The notes: a model not told the origin generated them from the sequence alone. DNA of 64,000 nucleotides from Polyangiaceae bacterium (GCA_035063585.1 JAPSGB010000006.1:1-64000), one strand, 5' to 3'. Numbered from the stretch's first letter, positions 40,818-50,561 are shown. Made by a program: numbers and translations.

Positions 40818-42197
40818 TCACGAGTCGCGGCGGCCGGCCCCGGCGTCGAGCGCGCTGCGAAGCAGCGCGGCGATTTGCGCCGGATCCGAGTCGTCGAAGG
40901 CGCCGCTCAGCGCGAGCGCGGCGAGCACCGGGATGCCGTGCACCGCGGCGGCGGCGGCGAGCGCCTCGTTCGACGCCGCCGCGGGGAGCTCGACGATGAG
41001 CGCGGTGCCGGGGAGCGTCAGCCCCCAGAGCGGCGCGTAGGCGTCGAGGGTCGGGAGCCCGACCACATCGAGGTCGACCTCCTCGGTGACGCGTAGGGTG
41101 GCGAGCAGGTGGGGGACCGGCGCGGCCGGCGGCGCGTCGGGCGGCGGTGAGGCGTCGACGAGCCGCCGCACCGAGTGCGCGATGGTCGCGATCTGCTGCG
41201 TCGACCCAGCCAGCACGAGGCGCACCGCGCCCGTGAAGCCCGGTCGCACCATGCGACGAACCAACGCGCCGAGCATGGCGAGCTGCTCGGGCGCGGCGAG
41301 CTCCGCGCGCGCGACGCCGCGGCTGATCCGGCGCACCACGCCGCTGTCGAGGAGGCGCGCGAGCGCGCCGATCACCTCTAGATCGGTGCCGGGCACCTCG
41401 TCGAGCAGCTCATCGAGCGAGAGCGGCGCGGTGAGGGTCTCGGCGACGCGACGCACCAGCTCCGGCGCGTCGTCCGGGGGTCGGCCCACCGCCAGCAGAG
41501 CGTCCTCGTCCAGCGCGAGCGCGCGTCGCTCGCGCCGGAGCTCGTCGTTCTGGCGAAGCCCTTCCATGAGGAGCGTGCGGGTGGGCACGCTGATCCGCCG
41601 CATGGGTGCCGCCGCGCCCCCCGCGAAGGCGAAGCTGCCATCGGACTCGCCGAGCACCCGATAGAGGGCCTTCTCGGCCTCGAGCCGCCGGTAGACGGCG
41701 TCGACGATCTCTCCATCCACCATCCGAATCTCGCCGGCGCCGGCGGCGGTAGTGACGCTGAGCACCCCCGTGCGCCGGTTCATTTCGAGGAGCTGCAAGA
41801 GATCGACCACCCCGACCTGCGCGAGGTCGCCGCGGAAATCTCCTCGCTCCGCGGCGACCGGCGCGCCTCGAGGCGGCAACGAGAAGACCTGGAGCGCGAT
41901 CCCGTCGGGATCCGATAGGGTGAGCTCGCCCTCCCGCTGCTCGCTCGGCGCGCCGGCCACCAACGTGATGCGCGGCAGCCTCGCGAAGGACGGCTCGGCG
42001 AGGACCCGCCCGACCGCCTCGACGTCCGCGGCGAAGTCGGAGGAGAGCAGGAGCGCGTCGAGCTGGACGCCGCGCGCCCGGCGGAGCGCGCCGTCCTGCC
42101 CATCGGCGACCAGGACGACCAGCCCGCGCGCACGTAACTCGGAGGCCAGCGTGCCGAGCTTGTCGAGGTCCGGCTCGATGAGGAGCACCGTGCGCAT
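40818..42197 (-). CDS. Pseudo-receiver + DUF4388 + degenerate small-GTPase-like domain protein
   Basis: MRTVLLIEPD; FRGDLAQVGVVDLLQLLEMNRRTGVL (DUF4388); C-terminal VRLVLAG..DVVGLP..YAPLW; TGATG overlap with the upstream gene. Confidence 0.8.
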   Translation of the reverse strand: MRTVLLIEPDLDKLGTLASELRARGLVVLVADGQDGALRRARGVQLDALLLSSDFAADVEAVGRVLAEPSFARLPRITLVAGAPSEQREGELTLSDPDGIALQVFSLPPRGAPVAAERGDFRGDLAQVGVVDLLQLLEMNRRTGVLSVTTAAGAGEIRMVDGEIVDAVYRRLEAEKALYRVLGESDGSFAFAGGAAAPMRRISVPTRTLLMEGLRQNDELRRERRALALDEDALLAVGRPPDDAPELVRRVAETLTAPLSLDELLDEVPGTDLEVIGALARLLDSGVVRRISRGVARAELAAPEQLAMLGALVRRMVRPGFTGAVRLVLAGSTQQIATIAHSVRRLVDASPPPDAPPAAPVPHLLATLRVTEEVDLDVVGLPTLDAYAPLWGLTLPGTALIVELPAAASNEALAAAAAVHGIPVLAALALSGAFDDSDPAQIAALLRSALDAGAGRRDS

Positions 42198-43960
42198 CAG
42201 TCGAGGAGCCTCACGCCGGTGGCGTCCCCGAGCCGTTGCAGCATGAGATCGACCAAGAGCGGGTCGCCGGCGTGCACGGCGCGCACGACGCCGTGCTCGA
42301 CGCGACCGAAGAGCGCGTACACGCCATGCTCGGCGACGATGGTCAGCGCCTCGAGATCGCCGCAGCCGGGCAGGTCGGTGACGTCCACGACGTCGAACTC
42401 TACCGCGTCGCGGTCGCGCCCGAGCGCGGCACGAAGCGCATTGCCGATCGACAGGCCTGCGTGCTGGGTCGCGACCACGCGCGCGCCGCCGCCCCGGCGA
42501 GCCTCGCCGAGGGCGACCACGGCGAGGTCCGCGAGGTCGACCAGCGGCAGCTCGATCAGCCGGCACGCGCACGCGCTCGAGGCATGACCGTGGAGGTCAC
42601 TCGCGTCCCAGAAGAGGGCGTCGACCAGCTCGGCGAGGCTCGACGCCTCGATCCGCAGCCGGCGGACCAGCGATTCAGCGGAGCGTTCCGCGCGATGCCG
42701 CGCGACCGCGAGTAGGCTCGAGAGATCGGCGCCGTCGTGCGGATAGGTCGCCGCGCCGATGCTGACGCGATGACCGGTGCGCGCGCCGCGGCGCGAACCG
42801 AGCGGCCCCTCGAGCGCGTCGATGATCCGACGCCGGCAGGCGTGCGCTCCGATTCCGCCCGTCTCGGGCATCAGCAAGTAAAACTCGGCTTCGTCCACCC
42901 GCGCGAGGATGTCCGTGTCGCGCACCGCGGTGAGCACGCGCTCCACCGCCTCGACGCCCGAGGCGCGTCGGGCCGCTCCGGCCTCGCCGGCCTCTCCAGG
43001 TTCGACGGTGATGGTGGCGAGCGAGAAGCGCCGCCCGTGACGGCGCGACTGATCGATCTCACGGCCCGCGACGTCGACGAAGTACGCAAAAGTGTAGGCG
43101 CTCGAGTTTGGATCCTTCATGACGCCGTGCTTCGACTGCTCGCGCTCCATCAGCAGCGCGAGCACGGTCGCCGCGTGGAGGGTCACGACCTCGGGGGACG
43201 ACAGCGCGCCAGCCCGCTCATCTGCCACGAGGAGCCCGACGTGCTCGTGCTGAGCGGTGAGCCGGAAGACCTCGAGCTCGTGCTCGGCCGCCCAGCGCAT
43301 GAGCTCGAGATCGTCGCAGAACGTCGGCGGCTCGTGCGCCACCCCGCGCATGCTGGCTCGGAAGAGCTGCCGTGAGCCCGCGCCCGCACCGAGATAGAGG
43401 AGCGAGGTCGAGATCCCGACTCGCTCTTCGAGCAAGGCGAGCAGCCCCTCCGCCGCCTCGCGACTGCTCGCGCATTCCGCGAGCCGCGCGACCTGCCCCA
43501 CGAGCTCGGCTTCGCGTAGCGCGCGGCTCGCTTGCCGTTCGAGCGCGCGCCGCGTCGCGAGCTCCGCCTGGCGCGTGCGAGCGTCGGACAGAGCGACGAG
43601 GAGCTCGTCGCCGGAGAGCGGCGTCATGAGAAACCCGGCGGCGCCGAGCGCGATCGCTTGCACGGCGACGTCGGGCGCCTCCGGCGGGACGAGCGCGTAC
43701 ACGCGAACGTTCGGCGCCAGCGCGTGCAGATGATGGACCACGGCGAGGCCGGCGCGGCTGCCGACCGTGACGTCGACGATGACGACGTCGGGCGCCTCGG
43801 CCGCGGCGCGCGCGAGGCCCTCGGCGAGATCGGTCGCGAGAGTCACCTCGTCACCCCCGGAGGCGAGGATGCGCAGGATGAGCTCGCCGATAGCGCCGTC
43901 CTCGACGATCGCCATGACGTGGAGTCGGGGCGACGGCTCGTCGAGCTCAGTCACTCTCAC
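42197..43960 (-). CDS. REC + GAF-like + degenerate GGDEF protein with possible DICT-like C-terminus
   Basis: PDVVIVD; KDPNSSAYT..EIDQSRRHGRRFSL; RDTDILARVDEAEF; VSIGAATYPHDG. Confidence 0.85.
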   Translation of the reverse strand: MRVTELDEPSPRLHVMAIVEDGAIGELILRILASGGDEVTLATDLAEGLARAAAEAPDVVIVDVTVGSRAGLAVVHHLHALAPNVRVYALVPPEAPDVAVQAIALGAAGFLMTPLSGDELLVALSDARTRQAELATRRALERQASRALREAELVGQVARLAECASSREAAEGLLALLEERVGISTSLLYLGAGAGSRQLFRASMRGVAHEPPTFCDDLELMRWAAEHELEVFRLTAQHEHVGLLVADERAGALSSPEVVTLHAATVLALLMEREQSKHGVMKDPNSSAYTFAYFVDVAGREIDQSRRHGRRFSLATITVEPGEAGEAGAARRASGVEAVERVLTAVRDTDILARVDEAEFYLLMPETGGIGAHACRRRIIDALEGPLGSRRGARTGHRVSIGAATYPHDGADLSSLLAVARHRAERSAESLVRRLRIEASSLAELVDALFWDASDLHGHASSACACRLIELPLVDLADLAVVALGEARRGGGARVVATQHAGLSIGNALRAALGRDRDAVEFDVVDVTDLPGCGDLEALTIVAEHGVYALFGRVEHGVVRAVHAGDPLLVDLMLQRLGDATGVRLLD

Positions 43961-44760
43961 GTGAGCTCGAGCTCCCCCCGGAAGACCCGGCGGGCGGGTC
44001 CGCGGAGCCGCGCGCCGAGCGTGTCATCGGCGACGATCACCTCGAGCGCCCCGCCCGGCAGACTGACCTCCACCGGCTCGCCGAAGGCGACGCGGCCGGC
44101 GAGGGCGGCCGCGAGCACCGTGGCCACGGCGCCCGTCCCGCACGCGAGCGTCCGCCCCACGCCGCGTTCCCACACGACGAGCTCGATGGCGTTGGCTCCG
44201 GTGAGACGCGCGAACTCCACGTTCGAGCCACCCTCGATGAGAGCCGACACCCGCGGACCGACCTGATCGGCGAGCGCGGGCTCCAAGGGCGCGTCGAAGG
44301 TGATGGCGTGCGGATTCCCCATGGAAATGCGCGCGAAATCGTACGAGCGGCCGTCCACCTTCGCGACCAGCGTCCCGAGCGGCGCGCCGCGGCCCATGTC
44401 GATGGCGACCTCCGCGCGATCGGCGTCGCGCTCGACCTCGCACCCGCGCAGCCCAGCATCGGTCTCCACACCGTAGGTGGCAGCGACCGCGTCGTCAGCG
44501 AGTGCCAGGTGGAGCGCGACGCAGCGCAGGCCATTTCCGCACATCTCGGGGCGGGAGCCGTCCGCGTTCAACACCACCATCCGCGCGCGCGCTTCGAGCG
44601 AGCTCGGCGGCAGCACCAGGAGCACGCCATCGGCCCCCACACCAAAATGGCGATCACAGAGCTTCACGGCGAGCTCAGGTTCGAGCCATTCGGTCGCGGC
44701 GTCGACGACGATGAAGTCGTTGCCGAGCCCCTCGTACTTCCCAAACGTCAGCGAGCGCAT
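43957..44760 (-). CDS. dapF: Diaminopimelate epimerase
   Basis: [50 protein letters not shown]. Confidence 0.97.
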   Translation of the reverse strand: MRSLTFGKYEGLGNDFIVVDAATEWLEPELAVKLCDRHFGVGADGVLLVLPPSSLEARARMVVLNADGSRPEMCGNGLRCVALHLALADDAVAATYGVETDAGLRGCEVERDADRAEVAIDMGRGAPLGTLVAKVDGRSYDFARISMGNPHAITFDAPLEPALADQVGPRVSALIEGGSNVEFARLTGANAIELVVWERGVGRTLACGTGAVATVLAAALAGRVAFGEPVEVSLPGGALEVIVADDTLGARLRGPARRVFRGELELT

Positions 44761-44770
44761 CGCGGGCCGA

Positions 44771-45094
44771 TCATACCGCGCTTCCCGCGCGAGGGGCTCC
44801 GCCGCCGCCGAGACGGGCGCGGAGCGTGGCCGCGTCGAGGCCGGTCACCGCCAGGAGCTTCAGGCGCCCGGTGTCGCCGGTGACGATCCGGAGAGCGCTC
44901 CGCGCGACCCCGAGCCGGCGAGCGAGGAATCCGAGGAGCTCCTGGTTCGCCTCGCCATCGACCGGGGGCGCCGCGATCGCTACCTCGAGCGCGCCCTCTC
45001 GGACGCCCACCGCTCGGGTCCGCGAGGCCCGCGGCTTCACCCGGACGCGAAACCTGAGCGCGCCGTCTGCGGCCCCGACCTCGAGGTCCTCCAT
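44771..45094 (-). CDS. yggU: DUF167 (YggU-family) protein
   Basis: [28 protein letters not shown]. Confidence 0.92.
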   Translation of the reverse strand: MEDLEVGAADGALRFRVRVKPRASRTRAVGVREGALEVAIAAPPVDGEANQELLGFLARRLGVARSALRIVTGDTGRLKLLAVTGLDAATLRARLGGGGAPRAGSAV

Positions 45095-45182
45095 GCCAGC
45101 AGTCTTAACACTTTCCAGGGTCTGGCGGTTCGGCGCGCGGTCGAGGGCTGCGGCTCGGTGCGGCCCGCGCTATCATCGGCGC

Positions 45183-46190
45183 ATGCGTGGAGTCTCGAGC
45201 GGGATCGTCCCCGGTGGCTTGGCGTGCGTCGCGCTCTTCTTCTCTTCTGCGACCGCGAGCGCGCAATACGGCCAGCAACCCGGCTACGGCCAGCAACCCG
45301 GCTACGGCCAGCAGCCCGGCTACGGCCAGCAGCCCGGCTACGGCCAGCAACCCGGCTACGGCCAGCAGCCCGGCTACGGCCAGCAACCCGGCTACGGCCA
45401 GCAGCCCGGCTACGGCCAGCAGCCCGGCTACGGCCAGCAGCCCGGCTACGGTCAGCAGCCCGGCTACGGTCAGCAGCCCGGCTACGGTCAGCAGCCCGGC
45501 TACGGCCAGCAGCCCGGCTACGGCCAGCCGCCGCCACCGCCGGCACCGAAGCAGTCCTCGGGCTTCGAGCGCCCCGAGCTCTCGGCGCGCATCGATCCGC
45601 TGAACTGGCTCATCGAGGGGCGGCTGGGCCTGGAGCTCGAGACGGCCGTCTGGAGCTTCATCAGCTTCGAGCTCGTACCCGTGTTCGTGGTGAACTCACA
45701 GCCACCGTTCATGAACAACGTGAGCGGGCTCTCAGGCGTGGAATTCAGCCAGCACTCGAACGGGCTCGGGTCGCTCGCCGGCGCCAGCATCGGCGCCGGC
45801 TTCTGGCTGGATGGGAAGCCGTTCCGAGGCACCGTCCTACGCGTCATCCTGACCAACTTCGGCTACACTTATCGCACCACCGACAGTGCGGACGCGACGA
45901 TCGACGAGGTCGACCACACCGACCGCCACCTCTACGGGTACATCGGCTCACACATGCGCTGGGGCTTCTTCACCATCGCCGGTGGGATGGGGCTCGGGGT
46001 AGAGCTCAACAAGCAGCAGCGGTGCTTCCCCGACGGGACCCTCGAGAACGCGTCGAGCTCGGGGTGCAGCGGGAAATCCTTGCTGATGGCGACGAACCGC
46101 GCCAACCCGAACAGCGCGCCGGTGGACCTGAACGGAGGCCTCTACCCGGTATATCTGATGGGTCGGCTGTCGCTCGGCGTCGTATTTTGA
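45183..46190 (+). CDS. Outer-membrane beta-barrel-like protein (DUF3575-like) with N-terminal YGQQPG repeats
   Basis: Signal peptide ending ASAQ; repeat block; amphipathic strands; ends SLGVVF. Confidence 0.8.
   Translation: MRGVSSGIVPGGLACVALFFSSATASAQYGQQPGYGQQPGYGQQPGYGQQPGYGQQPGYGQQPGYGQQPGYGQQPGYGQQPGYGQQPGYGQQPGYGQQPGYGQQPGYGQQPGYGQPPPPPAPKQSSGFERPELSARIDPLNWLIEGRLGLELETAVWSFISFELVPVFVVNSQPPFMNNVSGLSGVEFSQHSNGLGSLAGASIGAGFWLDGKPFRGTVLRVILTNFGYTYRTTDSADATIDEVDHTDRHLYGYIGSHMRWGFFTIAGGMGLGVELNKQQRCFPDGTLENASSSGCSGKSLLMATNRANPNSAPVDLNGGLYPVYLMGRLSLGVVF
45267..45530 (+). repeat. 18-bp coding tandem repeat, 14 x YGQQPG plus a partial
   Basis: TACGGYCAGCARCCCGGC units from 45267; variation only at synonymous positions. 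Confidence 0.97.
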
Positions 46191-46228
46191 GCGGCCTGCG
46201 AGCGAGCGCTGGGAGTACCGCTCACCCC

Positions 46229-46921
46229 ATGGCGAGGCAGAACGTCACCGTGGTCACGGGCGCCTCGGGGAACCTCGGCTCGGCGGTGGTCCGCGAGCTC
46301 GTCGCGCTCGGGCACGCCGTGGTCGCCCTCGTCCATGAGCGGAGCGCGGAGCGAGCGCGCGCGCTCATCGGCTCCCATCCCGGCCTAGTCGTCACGGGCG
46401 ACGCCACCTCGCCCGAGGTATGGGCGAAGCTGCTCGACGAGACCTCGCGCGGCCTGGGAGCGCCGACCGGAGCCGCGCTCATCGCCGGCAGTTGGCGGGG
46501 TGGACGCGACGAGGCCGCCTGGCACGCGATGCTGGAGGCCAACCTGGACACCGCTCGCCTTGGCCTCGACGCGCTCTTGCCGGGTATGGTCGAGCGCGAG
46601 AGCGGGAGCGTGGTCCTGGTCGGCTCGCGCGCGGCCGTTCGGCCCTGGGAGAGCGCGAAAGCCGCCGCCTACGCCGCGACCAAGGCCGCCGTAGTCGCGC
46701 TCGGGAGCGCCGCCGCTGCCGAGGTCCTCGAGAGCGGCGTGCGGATAAACACGGTGCTGCCGAGCACCATCGGGACCCCTCAGAACCGAGCGGCCATGCC
46801 GGACGCGGATGCCTCGCGCTGGGTCGCGCCGGAGAGCATCGCTCGCGTCATCGCGTTTCTCTTGTCGGAAGGCGCGCGCGACGTGAGCGGCGCGGCGATT
46901 CCGGTGTACGGTCGCGCCTGA
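46229..46921 (+). CDS. Short-chain dehydrogenase/reductase
   Basis: VTGASGNLG, YAATK, INTVLPS, VSGAAIPVYG. Confidence 0.92.
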   Translation: MARQNVTVVTGASGNLGSAVVRELVALGHAVVALVHERSAERARALIGSHPGLVVTGDATSPEVWAKLLDETSRGLGAPTGAALIAGSWRGGRDEAAWHAMLEANLDTARLGLDALLPGMVERESGSVVLVGSRAAVRPWESAKAAAYAATKAAVVALGSAAAAEVLESGVRINTVLPSTIGTPQNRAAMPDADASRWVAPESIARVIAFLLSEGARDVSGAAIPVYGRA

Positions 46922-46942
46922 CGACCGTAGACTGAGAGAGCT

Positions 46943-47476
46943 ATGAGTCGTCCGCGCGCTCCCGCTCCGCCGTCCTGGGACGACGAACCGACCATCGTCT
47001 GGAGCCCGCCCGACTGGGATCCGGAGGACAGCAAAGCGCCAGGGCCCGCGCCGGTCGCGGCCAAGCCGCCCGAGAACGTGATCGAGGTGGACGTTCGGGA
47101 GATCCCGAGCTCGGTGGCGCTCGGGAGCTACGCGCGCCGCGCCTACGAGATCTGGACCAAGAACCGCATCTACGCGCTGAACGCGCAGCTCGAGTGCATC
47201 GAGGTCATCGATCTCGCGACCGGTCAGAGCGCCCCGAACCACCCCTTCATCGGTGCACGTGCGGCCGGGGGACAGCTCCGGAACGAGCGAGAGAACTCGA
47301 TCTCCTTCCCGCTCCCGGTCCCCGGTGGCGAGGCGGTGTTTCAGCGCCGCGACGCGCAGTCACGCATTCGGCTCTCGGTCACGTCGACGGTAGCTCGCGT
47401 CGTCATGCACGTGCACCGCGTCTCCATCGCGACCACCGACCGCGACGGCGCGTGGAAGCGGATCACGCGCTACTGA
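46943..47476 (+). CDS. Hypothetical protein
   Basis: Strong codon bias; YEIWTKNRIY..CIEV.D..H.., VTSTV; TAGACT upstream. Confidence 0.75.
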   Translation: MSRPRAPAPPSWDDEPTIVWSPPDWDPEDSKAPGPAPVAAKPPENVIEVDVREIPSSVALGSYARRAYEIWTKNRIYALNAQLECIEVIDLATGQSAPNHPFIGARAAGGQLRNERENSISFPLPVPGGEAVFQRRDAQSRIRLSVTSTVARVVMHVHRVSIATTDRDGAWKRITRY

Positions 47477-47482
47477 GCGCAC

Positions 47483-48223
47483 TCACCAGTACTTCTCGAC
47501 GGTGATGTGCCCCGGCTTGCGGACTCGGTGACGCTCGAGGCCGACGGCGTGGAGCGCGGCCGTCATGTCGGTGATCATGCCGGGGTTGCCACACAGCATG
47601 ACGTGGGAGCGCGTGCTCGACAACGACACGCCAGCCCGCGCTTCGAGCTCTCCGCTCGCGAGAAGATGTGGAATTCGCCCGCGGAGCGCGCCCGGGACCT
47701 CCTCGCGGCTCACCACCGGAACGCGGATCAGCCGAGCCTCGTGCGCGAGCGACAAGGCGTCGAGCTCGTCCGAGTAAGCGAGGTGCGCCGCGTGCCGCAC
47801 GCCGTGAACGAGGACAATCTTCTCGAAGCGCTCCCACACCTCCCGGCTCCGCACGATCGACATGAAGGGTCCGAGCCCGGTGCCGGTCGCGACCATCCAG
47901 AGTTCCTTGGCCTCGGGGACGTAGTGGAGCGTGAAGAATCCCTGCGCGCGGGTCTCGACCTCGACGGGCGCACCGTCGGGGAGCGAGAGCAGGGTGGGTG
48001 TCAGGGCGCCGCCGTCGACGACGGTGAGCAGGAACTCGAGCGGCGCGCCGGGCGCCGACGCGATCGAGTAGGCGCGGCGGATGAGCTCGCCGTCGATCTC
48101 GAGCGCGAGGTTCACCCACTGCCCCGGCTCGAACGGCTCGATGGCAGCGGCGAGGCGGAACGTCGCGAGCCCATCGGCCCACACCCGCCGCTCGACGATG
48201 GTTGCGCTCGTCCAGCCGCTCAT
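47483..48223 (-). CDS. fpr: Ferredoxin--NADP+ reductase
   Basis: RRAYSIAS, ATGTGLGPF, LVHGVR, VMLCGNPGM, C-terminal EKYW. Confidence 0.95.
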   Translation of the reverse strand: MSGWTSATIVERRVWADGLATFRLAAAIEPFEPGQWVNLALEIDGELIRRAYSIASAPGAPLEFLLTVVDGGALTPTLLSLPDGAPVEVETRAQGFFTLHYVPEAKELWMVATGTGLGPFMSIVRSREVWERFEKIVLVHGVRHAAHLAYSDELDALSLAHEARLIRVPVVSREEVPGALRGRIPHLLASGELEARAGVSLSSTRSHVMLCGNPGMITDMTAALHAVGLERHRVRKPGHITVEKYW

Positions 48224-48305
48224 GCCCCTGTCGTAGTCGAAGCTCAGGGGCGCTTCCAGTCCGGAGGGTCGGCGCTCCGACGCAAGACCCTCGGTTGACG
48301 AAGCG

Positions 48306-49703
48306 TCACTTCGACCAGGTGGGCGCGTCCGAGACGATCAAGAGCAGGTCGCCCACTTGTCCACCGACTCGAACCTCGAGGACGTGCCGGCCTGCGTCGA
48401 GCGACAGGACCGCGCCGCCCCCGGCAACCGAGAGCGGCGCGCCCGATCGCTCCGCCGTGGAGACTCGCACCGTCGATGGCCGAGCCCCGGGCGACACCGC
48501 GAGCACGTGCACGCGTCGAGCCCGGGGTAGCTCGAGCGCATAGAAGGTCCCCTGCTCCGACGGCTCGGGCGCGTCCACGAACGGGAGCGCGCCGATTTCG
48601 AGCGGGACGCGCTCGCTCCGCTGGCCGGGCGGCGCAGGCGGCTCCGGGTCGAGCGCGGCGTCCGCCTCGAGCGCGCGCCGCGCGCGATCGAGCGCGTCCA
48701 GACTCACCAGATTGCGCACGTTGTAGCCGTGCTCGAGCCCGGCCGCGCGGAGGTCGCAGGCGTCGAAGCCGAGCCTCCCCGCGTAGGTCGAGGGGTGGAT
48801 CCCGAACTTCGTGAGCCCGTGTCGTGGCACGGACTCGAGCGCGCGGTGGTAGTCGACGAACGGGACCGCGCGGCGCATCGCGACGCCGCGCACGATGGCA
48901 TTATAGCGCGGCACCCAGGTGTCGCGGCTCGGCTTGTCGAGCCGCGGTGGGATGGAAGAGAGGAGCGGGATCGTCCCGCGCCGGGTGAGCACGTCGACCA
49001 CCTCGAAGAGATCGCGCGCGTAACCCTGGGGGTTCTGCGCCTCGAGGTCGTTGGTGCCGTACATGACCAGCGCGAAGCGCGCGCGCGTCCGGTGGAGCTC
49101 GACCTCGAGCGGGGTGGGCGCGCCGCGAAGGAGCTTCCAGGCGCTCCAGCCAACCGCCGCGGCGCGGCTCTCGCGGAAGAAGGGGTCGCGACCGCCCGCG
49201 TCTCCGCGTCGGAAGAACTCGAGGGTCGGCGCCAGGTCGCCGCGCTCGCCGAGGTCGACGTGATGGAGGCGATGCCGACGCGAGAAGCAATAGAGGAAGT
49301 CTGCGCTCGCGGTGATCGAGTCGCCGAGCTTCGCGAACACGTCGGCGCGAAGCGAAGGATCCCGCGCGGCGATTTCCCGGAGCGACGCGGCGACCCGAGC
49401 GGTGATGGGCGACTGAACGCGATCGGCCGGATACCAGACGAGACGCGCGCGCTGCTCGCTCGCGTCCGGCACCGGCGTCGCGGTCGGTGGACGGGCGCGC
49501 GCCGGCGCTGGGGGCGGCGCGCTCGGCAGCGGCCCGACCGCACTAGGCGCCGAGAGCGGCGCCGGGGCGGGCGCGGAGCCGGACGGCGCGGTTCCCGGAG
49601 CACGTGACGACGAGTCGTCGCATCCGGGCATGATGAGCACGAGCGCCATGGTCGCGACGCGCCGCGGCAGACTCGCCGCGCGGAGCACGCGCCGAACCGA
49701 CAT
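48306..49703 (-). CDS. SGNH/GDSL hydrolase-family lipoprotein
   Basis: KLGDSIT, MYGTND, GIHP; lipobox-like IMPGC; start uncertain. Confidence 0.85.
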   Translation of the reverse strand: MSVRRVLRAASLPRRVATMALVLIMPGCDDSSSRAPGTAPSGSAPAPAPLSAPSAVGPLPSAPPPAPARARPPTATPVPDASEQRARLVWYPADRVQSPITARVAASLREIAARDPSLRADVFAKLGDSITASADFLYCFSRRHRLHHVDLGERGDLAPTLEFFRRGDAGGRDPFFRESRAAAVGWSAWKLLRGAPTPLEVELHRTRARFALVMYGTNDLEAQNPQGYARDLFEVVDVLTRRGTIPLLSSIPPRLDKPSRDTWVPRYNAIVRGVAMRRAVPFVDYHRALESVPRHGLTKFGIHPSTYAGRLGFDACDLRAAGLEHGYNVRNLVSLDALDRARRALEADAALDPEPPAPPGQRSERVPLEIGALPFVDAPEPSEQGTFYALELPRARRVHVLAVSPGARPSTVRVSTAERSGAPLSVAGGGAVLSLDAGRHVLEVRVGGQVGDLLLIVSDAPTWSK

Positions 49704-49728
49704 CCCTAGTAGACTGCTCGGCTGGGCG

Positions 49729-50451
49729 TCAGCTCGGCGCCCGCTCGATTTGCTCGACGGCCACCTGTCCGACGAGCTCGAGCGCGTCCACGTCATGGCG
49801 ACGGAAGCCGTGGCCGCGGCGGCCGAGCTCGATGAAGGCGAGGAGCTCTCTCTCGCGGAGGATCGGCAGCATCGCGACGCCGCTCAGCTCGCGGACTCCG
49901 CCGGTGAGGCGCGCGGCGACGGCGCGATGCACGCCGGTCGAGTCCGGGGCGCCGAGGACGATCCGCCGGGCTCGGGCAGCGCCGAGCGCGAGATCCGACG
50001 GCGCGATCCGCGCGCCGAGCAGCCCGTGGGTCCCATCGCCGTGCGCGGCGCGCGTGATCGGTGACTCCCAGGGACTCGCGAGGCGATGCGCGAACCCGAC
50101 CTCCGCGCCGGTGGCAGCGACCGCGGCGTGGAGCGCGAAGAGCAGCACCTCGCCGGTGTCCCGCCCGTGGCGGATGAGCCCCGCCGCCTTCACGCCGGGG
50201 CGCTCGAGCGCGTTCTGCACGCCGCCGCCGAACCCCTGCGCGCGCCGAAGCGCGGCGACCTCACGGATCTCACCGAGGGCGCGCCAGCTCCCCCAGGTGA
50301 GCTCGCGCACCCAGCAGTCGTCGGGCACGCGCCCGTGAAATACTCCGCGGAGGAGCAGGTCGGTGCGGACCGGACCGACCGTGGTCTCGCCGTTGCTGAC
50401 GAACCAGAGCGGCGGGGGTTGGCGAAGTTGGATGGGGCGGGAGAGCTGCAC
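49729..50451 (-). CDS. GYF_2-like + GAF-like protein
   Basis: LWFVSNGETTVGPV..G.V..DCWV..W..L (GYF_2-like); GVAMLPI..LLAFIELG..F...DVDALE (GAF-like). Confidence 0.72.
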   Translation of the reverse strand: MQLSRPIQLRQPPPLWFVSNGETTVGPVRTDLLLRGVFHGRVPDDCWVRELTWGSWRALGEIREVAALRRAQGFGGGVQNALERPGVKAAGLIRHGRDTGEVLLFALHAAVAATGAEVGFAHRLASPWESPITRAAHGDGTHGLLGARIAPSDLALGAARARRIVLGAPDSTGVHRAVAARLTGGVRELSGVAMLPILRERELLAFIELGRRGHGFRRHDVDALELVGQVAVEQIERAPS

Positions 50452-50561
50452 GGCGAACCTCCTGGTGGGCTGAACGCGATTTTCCCGCGCCTCACCTCCA
50501 GCGGGCCAACTACCGTGCAGCTCTGCGCTCCGCGGGGCGCCGCCGGGCCCGACCCCGTCCG

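Noticed and set aside
44477..46921. 814-aa ORF with RPAARL repeats fused to an SDR
   Set aside because: The repeats are an alternative frame of the YGQQPG block (synonymous variation fits YGQQPG); the SDR starts at 46229.
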